Source: an uncultured Gemmataceae bacterium
GTDB taxonomy: Bacteria; Planctomycetota; Planctomycetia; Gemmatales; Gemmataceae
NCBI GenBank assembly: GCA_963750165.1
Contig: CAVVPN010000011.1
Span: forward strand, 1,472,001 to 1,536,000
Reading direction: 5' to 3'
Length of the DNA stretch: 64,000 nt
Shown: positions 30,101 through 42,100 of the stretch, piece by piece
Numbering within the stretch: the first letter of the stretch is position 1
Layout: each line of letters begins with the position of its first letter
Position numbers and translations under genes: made by a program
Notes under the pieces: generated by a model
Told to the model about the DNA's origin: nothing
The model's input: only the letters and a program-made list of their open reading frames with translations
Databases searched by the model: none

Positions 30101-33100
30101 CGTTGCCGGCGAGCAGGCCGATGGAAAGCCCGTTGCCGATGGCCCGGGAGTTGTTGGTCACGGTGGTCTGGACCAGCACGGTCTGCGCGACGTTGACCGT
30201 CGCGGCGCCGATGAAGCTGGCGACGTTGGCCTGGCCGTAGCTGTTGGCGGTGGCCCCGCTGGTGCCGATGAGCGTGCCGGCCGAGGTGCCGGCGGTGGCA
30301 GTGCTCACGCCCGGGCTGTGCTGGGTTTCGACCGTGAGGTTGGTGGCCGTCGCCCGGCTGCCGTCCCGCAGGGACGCTTCGAGGGTCGGCGAGTCGGTGG
30401 CCTCGGCGTCGGAGGCGCCGCCGCCGGCCGCGGCGATGGTCACGCCGGAGGCGTTGGCGTCGCTCTCGCCGCCCATCGACTTCGAGTACACGTAGAGGGT
30501 GCCGTTGACGTTCAGGTTGGCGCCGCCGCCGAGGTAGCCCCGGACTTCCGGGTTCACCGAGGCGTTGGCGGACGACCCGTTGCCCGCCAGGATGCCGCCC
30601 GCGAACGACGTGGCGGAGGCGTTGGCGTTGCTGTTGGTGTCGTCCGCCTCGACGGTGACGTCGCCGCCCGCGGTGAGCTGGCCGTCGGCGTGGGCCAGGG
30701 TGGAGCCGGCGGCGGTGGCGTTGGCGACCGCGGCGCCGCCGGCGGCGACCCCGCCGGCGACCTGGCTGGTGGTGGCCTTGGCCGTCCGCGTGGAGGTCGC
30801 GTTCACCTCGACCGTGCCGGTGGTGCTGACCTGGGACGTGCCCGCATACGCCTCCGAGGTGCCGTGGGTGTCGGCGGTCACCACGGCGGCGTTCCCGGCG
30901 AGGACGCCGATGCCGAACGCGCTGCCGTTGGCCGTCGTGCCCTCGGTGGACGCCGATTTCACCGTCAGACTGCCGGCCTGGACGCTCCCGCCGCTGGTGT
31001 AGGCCGTGGTGGTCCCGCCCACCGTGGCATTCGGCACCGCCGCACCGCCCCCGACCACCCCGACCGCCGCCTGCCCGGTCGTCGCCTCCGCCGTCCGCAT
31101 TCCGGTCGCGCTGAAGGTCGTGTCCGCGGTGGTGACGACGCTGCCGCCGTTGAGGAAGGCCGCCGTCGTGCCCTCGGTGTCGGCCGTGCCCGAGGCGGCG
31201 TTGCCGGCGGCGACGCCGGCGCCGAAGGCGTCGGCGTGGGCGTTGGTGTCGTCGTTGGACTGCGACTGCACGGTGGCGCTGCCGGCGTGGACGGAGCCGC
31301 CGTCGATGTGGGCCTGCGTGGTCCCGCCCTGCATGGCGTTGGCCACCGACGCGCCGCCGGCCACGACGCCGCCGGCGATCTGCCCGGTCGTCGCCGCCGC
31401 CGTCCGCGTGCCGTTGGCGCTCACCTTGGTGGCGCCGGATGTGGTCACGTTGGCGCCGCTGAGGTAAGCGTCCGTGGTGCCCTCGGTGTCGGCCGTGGCC
31501 GACGCGGCGTTGCCGGCGAGGAAGCCCAGCGCGAAGCCGTTGGATTTGGCCGTCGTGCCGCTGGTGGAGCCGGCCTGCACGTTCACGTCCGCCGCGTGGA
31601 GCACGGCCCCCGAGCCGGCGTAGGCCCGGCTCGTCGCCGGCGCCGTGGCGGTCGCCACGGAGGCGCCGCCGGCGCCCAGGCCGATGACCACCTGGCCGCT
31701 GTCCGCCTCGGCGGTGCCGTTCGAGTTGGTGTTGATGCCGATGTCCCCGGTCGTGGTCACGTTGGCGTTGTCGATGTAACCGTCCACGGTCACGTTGTCG
31801 GTGGCGTTCACGACGCTGGCGTTGCCCGCGACGAGGCCGGCGCCGATGGCCTCGCCGTCCGCGGTCGCCGTGTTCATGCCTTGCCCCGCCACGTTCACGC
31901 TCGCCGCGTGAATCTGCGCCCCGTCGCCGATGTGCGCCTGCACCGTCCCCTCGACGGTCGCGGTGGGGGTGGAGGCGCCGCCGGAGGCCAGGCCGACCGC
32001 CAGCTCCTGCGTCTCGGCGGTGCTCTTGCCGGTGGCGTTCGCGTTCACGTTGACCGCCCCGGACACGTTGACGTTGGCGCCGCCGATGTCCGCGTCGTGG
32101 TCGGCGTGGACGGTGGACTGCCCGGTGCCGAAGTTGCCGGCCAGTAATCCCGCCTTGGCGACGAAGGCGTGGGCGTCGGAGGTGTTGTCCGAGGACGTCT
32201 GGACCGTCAGGTTGCCGACGCTCGACCCGAAAATCGTATGCGTGCCGACCACCGCGCCGTTGCCCACGTCCGCCGTGACGCTGGCGTTGACGTTCGCCGT
32301 GCCGACGACGGCCCCGGCGGCGGCCAGCCCGGCGCCGAACCCCGCGACCGTCACGCCGGTGTTGGACTGCTGGTCGCCCTCGACGGTGACGTTCCGGGCG
32401 GCGAGGATCGACGAGTTGTCCTTGAGCCGGGCCGTGGTGTCGCTCTGCACGCTCAGGGTGCCGACGTTCGCGTCCAGGGCGATGAAGCCGGCCGAGCCGC
32501 CCACCGTGTTGAGGCTGCTGGAGGCGTCGCGCTCGTGGTCGGTGGCCTTGACGGTAACGTCGCCGCCCGCCTGCAGGGTGCCGTAATTGCCGACGTAAGC
32601 CTCGGTCGTGTTGTGGACCGAGCCGACGCCGATCCCCGTGCCCACCCCCACAAACCCCACCGCGACGTTGCCGGTGGACTGGTCCAGGTGGTACAGGTTG
32701 TCCGACTCGATGATGATGTTGCCCCCCGCGACGATCTGCGCCCCGGAGCCGGCCCCGGCGTCGTCGATGAACGCCGCGGTGACCCGGTCGCTGCCGGTGA
32801 TGGCCGAGGTCGAGGAGTCCACGGTCGGCTGGTCCAGGTTATCGACCTGTTCGCCGGCCCGGTCCACCACCGGGGAGGTCCCGGCGTACTGGTAGCTGAC
32901 CGCGTTCCAGACGGGCGGCGTGGCGACGCTGTTGTTGACCTGCGTGCGGAGGCTGTCCCCGCCCGACGCGCTGCGGTCGAACTCGGTGTTCGCCGTCCCG
33001 TCCGTGTCCGCCCCCAGGCTCTGCACCGAGACCGCGCCGGAGAGGCCGACGGCGATGCCGCCGGCGAAGGCGATCACGAACGAGTCGATTGACCGCGAGG

Positions 33101-36100
33101 CGTTCGTGCGGACCGCCACGTCGCCGACGGCCGTGATGCGGCTCTGCACGCCCACCGCCGCCACCGTCCGGTTGCGCACCGCCCCCACGTCCACTGACGC
33201 GCCGATGCCGGCGGCCGCGCCCAGCGACGCCGTCCCGGTCTTGCCGTCGAGCGCGGCGGTGTCGTTGGCCGTGACGCTCACGCTCTGGCCGCTGCCGGGG
33301 TTGAACGACCCGCCCGCCTGGAAGCGGCTGTCCTGGTTGATGAGCGCGTTGCGCGTTCCGTTCTGGACGATGGCCTCGGTCGTCGTCTGGATGTTGTTGA
33401 CCGCCACCGACCCGGCGAGGGCGGCGCCGCCCACGCCCCCGGTCATGACCAGCGGCGTCAGGCTTTCGTTGCTGGTCGCCCCCACCGTCAGCGCGCCGGT
33501 GGCGTTGAGGTGCCCGCCGAGCACCTGGGCCTGGATCGTGCTCTCGATGGTGTTCAGGCTGATCGACGTGCCCACGCCGACGCCGCCGGCGCCGAGGGAC
33601 CCGACCGTCGGGTTGAGCACCGACGTGTCGTTGGCCAGGACGGCGAGGTCGCCGAGCGAGTAGACGTCCGAGTCGCGGACGAAGGCGGAGTTGTTGGCCG
33701 CGATATCGACCACCTCCACCCCCCCGCCGATGCCCACAAGCCCGCCGGCGATGCCGAGGACCGTCGTGTCGATCGTCTCCCGGCTGACCGTGCTCACCTC
33801 CACCCCCCGTGCGTAGACGACCGAGGTGATGGAACTGGGGTCGCTCCCCGACTCGTCATTGGTGGAGATGAAGGCGCGCGTGGTGCTGCTGATCTTGGTC
33901 CGGTCGATGGTGCCGTCGGCGCCGACGAAGCCGCCGGCCGTTCCGCCGGAGAGAATCTGCACGTGCTCGTCGGAGTGCGCGCGGACGATCACCGCCTGGC
34001 CGAAGTCGGTGCTGGTATTGACCGCCGAGCCGGCGATGAATGCGTCGGTCTCGTCGCTCACGTTGGTGACGGTCACCAGACCGCCAAGGCCAACAAATCC
34101 CCCGGCCACGTTGATGGCCGCCAGGGTCGGCAGGCCGTTCGCCGGCTTCTCGACCGAACTGGCGACCACCGCCAGGCCGTGGACGCTGTCGGTGCTCTCG
34201 GCGCCGGTGTTCGGGTCCCAGTGCGGCACGCTGGCGGCGGCGCCGTTGCCGTGGGCCGCCACCGTGGCGTCCTCCAGGTACGCCTGCGTGACGCCGTCCA
34301 GCGTGGTCACCGCGACCGTCCCGGCCGCGCCGACCAGCCCGCCCGCCACCGAACCCGCCCCCACGGTGAGCGTGTCGCTCGATTCCGCGAGGACCACCGT
34401 GTTGGCGAACGTGCTCACCGTGGACCGGGCGATGTAGGCCTTGACCGCCGTGTCCACGAAGGTCACCGCGACGTTGCCGGCGATGCCGACCAGGCCGCCG
34501 TTGCCGCCCGCGGTCAGCGACTCCACCGTGGCGTCGGAGTCCGCATGGACCGTCAGGCTGCCGCCGCTGGACGTGACGTTGGCGCCGTCGAGGTAAGCGA
34601 GGATCTGGTTCTGGATCTGGCTGTACGACGCGGCCCCGCCGATGCCCGCGATCCCGGCGCCGCCGCCCTCCCCGGTGATCGCCTCCATCTTGGAGGTGTC
34701 CTGCGCCGTGACCGACACGTCGCCGGTGGCGACGATGACGGCGGCGCCGGAGAGGTGCGCATCGACCGTGTTACCGATCTCGTTGTCCCCCACCCCGCCG
34801 GTGACCGACACGGCCCCGGCCCCGGCCGCGCCGATGCTGACCGCGAACAGGTGGTCGGTTTCGCCCGCGGTGACGGTCATGGTCCCGACATGGACCTGGG
34901 CCGCGCCATCGACGAACGCCGTGACCGTGTTCTGGACATAGTTGGTGGACACCCCCGCCGCCACGGCCACCGCGCCGGCCCCGGCCCCGGCCCCGGTGAT
35001 GACGACGATGGTGGAACTGTCCTGGGCCTGCACGTCCAGCGACTGACTGGCGGTGACGTTGGCGCTGCCGGTGATGTGGGCGTCGGAGCGGTTGGCGATG
35101 TCGTTCACCGAGATCGCCGCGTCCGCCGCCACCGTCCCGGCCCCGGCGCCGACCGCGGCCGCGGACTTGACGTCCCCGCCGGTGTTGGTGTGGACCTCGA
35201 CGGTGGGGGCGGTGACGGTCGCGGCGTCGATGGCGGCCGTCACCTGCGACCGGCTGGTGTTCGTGCTGACCGCGGCGCCGCCGGCCACGGTCCCGGCCCC
35301 CTCGCCGTTGCCGGCCACCACGCGGATGCCCGTGTCGTCGGAGCCCTGGACGTGGACGGCGTTCGTTGTGGTCACCATCGACCCCGACGCGATGTGGGCG
35401 TCGATCACGTTGTTGACGTCGTTGACCGCCACCGACCCGCCGAACGCGGCGGTGCCGGCCCCGGCCCCGCCGATGACGATGGACGTGATATTGGACACAA
35501 AGTCCTGGGTGAAGTCACTGTCGTTCGACGCGGGGTTGTCGTCGTTGGCGGCGGCGGTCACGTCCAGGGTGCCGCCCGTGACGGTGGCCCCATCGACCCG
35601 CGCCGACACCATGTTGCCGATCTCGTTCGACGCGGTCGAGGCGGCGACGGCGACGGTGGACGAGCCGGCCCCGGCCCCGGCCAGGGCGCGGATGTTGGAG
35701 TCGTCACTGCTGTGGACCTGCACCGAGTTGCCGGAGACGACCGCCCCGCCGGTGATGTGGGCGTCGCTGGTGTTGGTGATGTTGTTGAGGATCAGGGCCA
35801 GGTCGCCCGCCGCCGTGCTGGCGTACGCCCCGACGGCCCCCAGCGCGTTGATGGTGGCCGCCACGGCGACCGTCACCTGGACCGACGGCGCCTGCGCCGT
35901 GGTCCCCGCCCCGTCGATGGCGGCGCCGACCTGGCGGGTGGAGTTGTTACTGGTGGCCGCCGCGCCGACCGCCGCCCCGGCGCCCAGGGCGACGGCCGCC
36001 TGGCCGGCGACGCCGGTGATCTGCGTTTTGTCGCTGGCCCCGACGGTAACCTGCGTCGTGCCGGTCGCCGCCGCGCCGCCGGCGACGTCGGCGTTCACCG

Positions 36101-39100
36101 TCCCGCCGATGTTGTTCACTGTGACCGAGCCGCCCAGGGCGAAGTTCTGGGCGAACGCGCCGCCGACCGTGACCGCGTTAACCGTTTCGTCGGCCGTGGC
36201 CATCGCCGCGACGTTCGCCCCGGTGGCCGCCGTCCCGCCGCCCTCGATGCGGCCGCTGGTGTCGCGGGTGATGGTGTTGGTGGACAGCGCCGCGCCGATG
36301 GCGGCGCCGGACCCGGTGGTGATCGCCGCCTGCCCGGCGACGGAAGTGATGGTGTCGTCGTCGCTGGCCTGGACGAGCGTCTGGCTCCCGCCCTTGGCCT
36401 GCGCCCGCCGGTCAGCGCGGCGTCGATCGTGCCGCCGATCGTGTTCAGCGAGATCGAGGCGCCCAGGGTGAAGTTCTGGGCGAATTCGCCGCCCGCGGTG
36501 ACCACGTTGAGGACGCCCTTGCCGCCCGCGAGCACCTCGGCCGTGTCGCCGCTGAGGACGGTCCCGCCGCCGTCCGCCGTGCCCGTGACGGTGCGGGTGA
36601 TGGTGTTGGTGGACAGCGCCGCGCCGACCGCCCCGCCGGAGCCGGTGGTGATGGCCGCCACGCCGGCGACGGCCGTGATGGTGTCGTCGTCGCTGGCCTG
36701 GACGGCCGCCATGGTCCCGCCCTTGGCCTGCGCCCGCCGGTCAGCGCCGCGTTGACGCTGCCGCCGATCGAGTTCAGTGAGATGGAGCCGCCCAGGGTGA
36801 AGTTCTGGGCGTCTTCGCCGCCGGCGGTGATGACGACGAGGGTGGCGTCGGTGCTGGCGAGCACCTCGACCGTGTCGCCGCTGACGACGGTCCCGCCGCC
36901 GTCCACCGTGCCCGCGGCGGTCTGGGTGACGTTGTTCGTGGACAGCGCGGCGCCGACGGCGGCGCCGGAGCCGGTGGTGATGGCCGCCTGGCCGGCGACC
37001 GCGGTGATGCTCGCCTGGTCGTCCGACTGCACCGTGGCCCGTGTGGTGGCCGTGAGCTTGGCCCCCGCGCTGACGCCGGCGTTGATCGAGCCGCCGATGT
37101 TGTTGACCGAGACCGACCCGCCCAGGGTCAGGTTCTTGGCGTCGTCGGCGCCGACGGTGATGGCCTGGATTTGCCCGTCGCTCGTCGCCAGCACCTCGAC
37201 CGTGTCCGCGTTCGCCTGGCCGCCCGAAAAGCCGGCGCTGGTGGCGCGGGTAATGGTGTTGGTGGACAGCGCGACGCCGACGGCGGCCCCGGAGCCGCTG
37301 GTAACGGCCACCTGGCCGGCGATGGCGGTGGAGCGGGCGTCGTCGCTGGCGTGGATGGTGACCCTCGTCGTGCCGTTGAGCATCGCCCCGCCGGAGGCGT
37401 GCGCGTCCAGCGTGCCGCCGACCTGGTTGAGCGAGATCGACCCGGCCACGGCGAAGTTCTTGGCCCCGGCGCCCCCCGCCGTGAGCGCGTCGATGCCGGC
37501 GCTCGTCGTGGCCAGCACCTCGATCGTGTCGCCGCTGACCGAGCCGCCGTCCACGTAGCCGGTGGTGTTCCGGGTGATGGTGTTGGTGGACAGCGCGGCG
37601 CCGATGGCCCCGCCGGAGTTGGTGCTCACCGCGGCCTGGCCGCCGGCGGCGAAGATCAGCGTGTCGTCACTGGCCCAGACCTGGGCCATCGTCCCGGCCG
37701 TGATCGTCGCCCCGCCGGAGACGTGGGCGTCCACCGAGCCGCCGATCGTGTTCAGCGGGATCGAGCCGCCCGCCGCGAACGTGTCGGCTTTCTCGGCGCC
37801 GATGGCGATGGCGTTGACGTTCGCCTCGCCCTTGGCCAGCACCTCGACCGTCGTCCCGCCGGCGACGGTCATCCCGCCCTCCACGCGCGCGCTCACCGCC
37901 CGGGTGATGTTGTTGGTGGAGAGCGCGGCGCCGAACGCGGCGCTGCCGCTCCCCGTGGTGACCGCGGCCAGGCCCGCGACGGCGTTGATCTGCGTCTTGT
38001 CGTCGGCCAGCAAGGTCAACGACTGAACCGCCGTGGCGTGGGCGCCCCCGGTGAGGTACACGTCCAGGGTGCCGCCGATGTTGTTCACCGACACCGAACC
38101 GCCGAACGCCGAGCCGTCGGCCCCCTGGCCGCCGACCGTGATCGCGTTGATCACGGCGTCGTTGGTCGCCTGCACCTCAATGGTATTGCCGGTGACGGTC
38201 GTGTTGGCGCCATCGACGCCGGCCGTCTCGGTCCGGGTGATGGTGTTGGTCGAGACCGCGGCGCCGATGGAGTGGCTGGAACTGCTCGTCGCCAGGGCCG
38301 CCTCGCCGGCGACCGCCGTGATGTTCGTGTCGTCCTGGGTGTGGACGCTCACCTGCGTCGTCCCGTTGACGACCGACCCGCCGGAGACGTGGGCGTCGAG
38401 CGTTCCCATGATCTGGTTGGACGAAACCGAGCCGCCCAGCACGAAGTCGTTGGCCAGGGTGCCGCCGACGGTCACCGCGTCGAGGTCGATGTTGGTCTGG
38501 CCCAGCACCTCCACCGTGTCGGCGGTGACGGTGGAGTGGTCCACGTACGCCCGGGTGTCGGAGCTGATCGTGTTGAGCGCCACGGCGGCGCCGCCGGCGA
38601 ACTTGCCGTTGGCGATCGAGGCGTTGCCCGACGCCGCGACGATGGTCCCGCCGTCCAGCGCCTGGATGTGGACCGCCCCGGTGGCGGTGACGTCGGAGCC
38701 GTGGAGGACCATGGCGTTCGCCGGGTCGGGCGTCCCGGAGACGTGCGCGTCGATGGTGTTGTCGATCTCGTTGGTGGACAGTGAGCCCGCCAGCGTCGAG
38801 CCGCCGCCGCCCACGGCGACGCCGACGGCGATGGCCGTGATCGTCGGGTTGGAGGTCGCCACCACCGTCACGTCCCCGCCGTTGGCGTGGACCGTGGACC
38901 CCTCGACCGCCGCGCCGATCGTGTTGGCGATCTTGTTGGTGGACTGGGCGACCGCCAGCCCCTTGCCGTCCTTCTTCAGGGCGATCGCGTCGGCCACCAC
39001 GAGCGCCGTGGAGTCGTCCTTGGCCTGGATGCCGACGCTGCCGCCCGCCGTGATGGTGGAGCTGTTCGTCACCGCCGACTGTACCGTGTGCTGGTAGTTG

Positions 39101-42100
39101 GTGTCCGCGGTCATCGTCGCCACGGTGCCGAACGACGGCAGGATGGAGTAGCCGGCCGCGAACGTGTGGTTGTGCGCGTTCAGGTTCACATTCCCGCCCG
39201 CCGTCAGCGTCGAGCCGGCACTGACGGCGATCCCGTCATGGGTCTCGGCGGTGAGCACCCCGTCCTGGGTCAACGTGAGCGTGCTGCCGTCGGCCGAGAT
39301 CGAGGCGATCGTGTACGCCCCGTCGTTGCCGGTCGAGCCTGTCACCGTGATGGTCTGGCCCGCCTGGAAGCCGTCCGCGGTCCAGCTGCCCGCCGCCCGG
39401 GCGATGGTGTCCCCGCCGGTGGCGTTGGGCGTGAACGTCAGCATGGGGTTCCCGGTCATCGCCAGGCCGTCCACGTGAGCGCCGACGGTGTTCTCGACGT
39501 CGGCGAACGTGGTGGTCGAGGCCAGCAGTTCGTTGTTGTCCACGTCCCCGGTGACGTTGATGTCCCCCCCGGCGGTCACGGTGGCGCCGCCGTTGATCGT
39601 CGCCACGGCGATGCTCTTGGCACTGGACACGCTGCGGTTGTTGGCGAGCGCCAGCAGCGCGTCGTCGTCGCCGGGCACTTGCGCGAACGTCCAGGTGGTG
39701 TCCTGCGCGAGGTGGGTCGTCTCCTGGGCGGTGACGTTCACGTCGCCGGTGTCGGCGAACAACCTGGCCCCCGACACGGTGGCGGTGGTGCCGGTGCCCG
39801 GCAGGGCGTCGGTCACCGCGCCGCTGACCGGGTTCAGCGGCGCCTGGGTGAGGGCGTCGCGGATGGTGCCGGCGGTGGGGGTTTCCTTCGCGAACGCGCC
39901 GAGGATCGCGTCCAGCCCGCCGCCGGCGTCGCTGGTCAGCCCGAAGATGAGGGTGTCGAGCTGGTCCTGCAGCTTCGTGCCGTTCACGGCGTTGAGGTCG
40001 GAGATCGGCACCGGGATGACGGCGAACACCGTCCCGTCCTGGAAGTTGCCGCGGATCGAGTACAGCGAGGCCGTGGCGGCCAGGCCGAACAACCCGGGGT
40101 CGGCGATGGCGCCGACGAAGCTGTTCACCACGATGTTCGAGGTCGAGGCGATGTCAATGTCCTTGGCCGCGTGGACCTCGGCGCCGGCCTGGACGGCCGC
40201 CATGGTGTCGTTGTGGAACACGCCGATGTCGATGCCGCCGCCGAGCGTGATCGCCCCGGAGGCGAGGTTGACCGGCAGGCCGTACGCCTGCGAGTCGTTG
40301 GACGCGGTGACGTTCACCGTCTGGTCGGCGCTCACGCCGGCGCGGTCGAGGTTCACCTGTGCCTTCTGGTCGATGAACGCGGCGGTGTCGGAGGCCACCA
40401 GGGCCACGCCGGCCGACCCGGCAACCCCGAACACCGGGCCTGAGCCGCCGGCCACGGCGAGGTTGAAGACGTTCTCGGTCGACTTCGCCTGGACCTCCAG
40501 CCCGGCCGTCGTCTGCGTCGGGAAGTCGAGCGTGTCGTTGCCCTTGGCGTTGACCACGGCGGAGTTACCCACCCAGGCTTCCGTGTCCTTCTGGACCAGC
40601 GCGATTGCGGCGGACATGCCGATGCCGAAGCCGACGGCCCCCTGGCCCAGCGCCCCCGCCCCGCCGATCTGGGTCATGTGGGTGTCGTCCAGCGCCGAGA
40701 TCAGGACGTTGCCGTTGGCGTTGACCTGCGCCCGACGGGGTCGATGTCGTTCGCGCCGTGCCCGGCAATGAAGGCGTGCGTCTGGCTGCCGATCGCGTCG
40801 ATCGGGAACGAGCCGCCGAAGTCGGCCAGGGCGAAGCTCGGGAACCCGGCGCTGGAGCTGATCCCGGCCACGAACAGCAACACGTCCTCGTTCGCCTGGG
40901 CCAGCACCTCGACGTCGTTGGCCGCCTGCACCTTCGCCCCGAGGCCGACGTAGGCTTCCGTCAGGTTCTTCGTGAGCATCAGCGCGGCGGCGCCGCCGAC
41001 CGAGCCGGTGAGGCTGGAGCTGGCCAGCGCCGCCGCGCCCGACACCGCCATGTGATACGTGTCGCTGCCGGCGGCCACCACCAGCGACTGGGTGTTCACG
41101 TTCGTGGGGGCGGTCACCGCGGTCTGCGGCTCCGCCAGGTGCGCGTTGCCGCCGACGTAGGCGGAGGTCGTGTCGGCGGTGACGACCGCCGACGCCGACA
41201 CCTGCGGGGTCACCAGGGACAGGTCGGTCGAAACGCTGAGGCCGACGACCAGGTTCTCGACGGCGTCGCGCGAAGTCGCCCCGACCGCGACGCCGTGGAT
41301 GTTGGTCGTTGCGGGCGTGGACGACCGCTTGTCCGTGAGCGAGGGGTCGTCCGGCGGCGCGCTGACGGGGGTGATGCCGGGGAAGTCGCTGCCGATCAAG
41401 TCCCGCAGGGGGTTGTCGAAGATTGCCCCGAGGATCCCCAGGGCCAGGGAGACGCCCAGCAGCGGCAGCCGGGCCGGGTCGAGGGTGAACTGGACGTTGA
41501 ACGTGCCCGTCGGGGCATCGACGCCGTCGCCCTGGCCCAGTGTGGTCACGGTCGCGCCGCTGGCGATGAACGCCTCCGTCGTCTTCTCCAGCAGCACCGC
41601 CCCCAGGGAGCCGCCGACCGCGTTGCCGCTGCTGGCGCTGACCACCCCGGTGACGACGTGCACGTTGCTCTGGTCGTCCGACGTCACGACCACGTTGCCG
41701 TTGGCGACCACCACGGCGCCGTCGCCGATCGACGCGCGCGTGACCGGGCTGACGGCATACAGCGCGGCCGCCCCGCCCCCGCCCAGGCTCAGCAGCGACA
41801 ACTCACCCACGGGAATCCCGGCCGTCACGTCCAGCGTCGCCGACAGCGACGACAGGTCCTCCTCCGACAGGGCGCGGACCTCGACGTTGCGGTTGGCGGA
41901 GACGGTGCCGGAAACCGACGCCTCGGTCAGCTTGTTGATGGAGGCGCTGTCGGCCCCCACCCCCAGGCCGGCCACGAGGCTCGCCGACAGCGCCGGCCAG
42001 CCCGTTGAGCGTGGTGTGGTCCGCCGCCAGGACGACCACCAGTTGGCCGGCGTTGGTGTCGGTGTCCCCCACCGGGAACTGATTGACCAGCGCCCCTGCT

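Noticed and set aside
36395..36745. Same frameshift in two repeat copies (gcgctgaccggcgggcgcaggcc), possibly programmed frameshifting or phase variation
   Set aside because: Both are explained by one missing G in a G run, and similar shifts hit unrelated genes across the window, which points to systematic long-read error; read polishing would settle it
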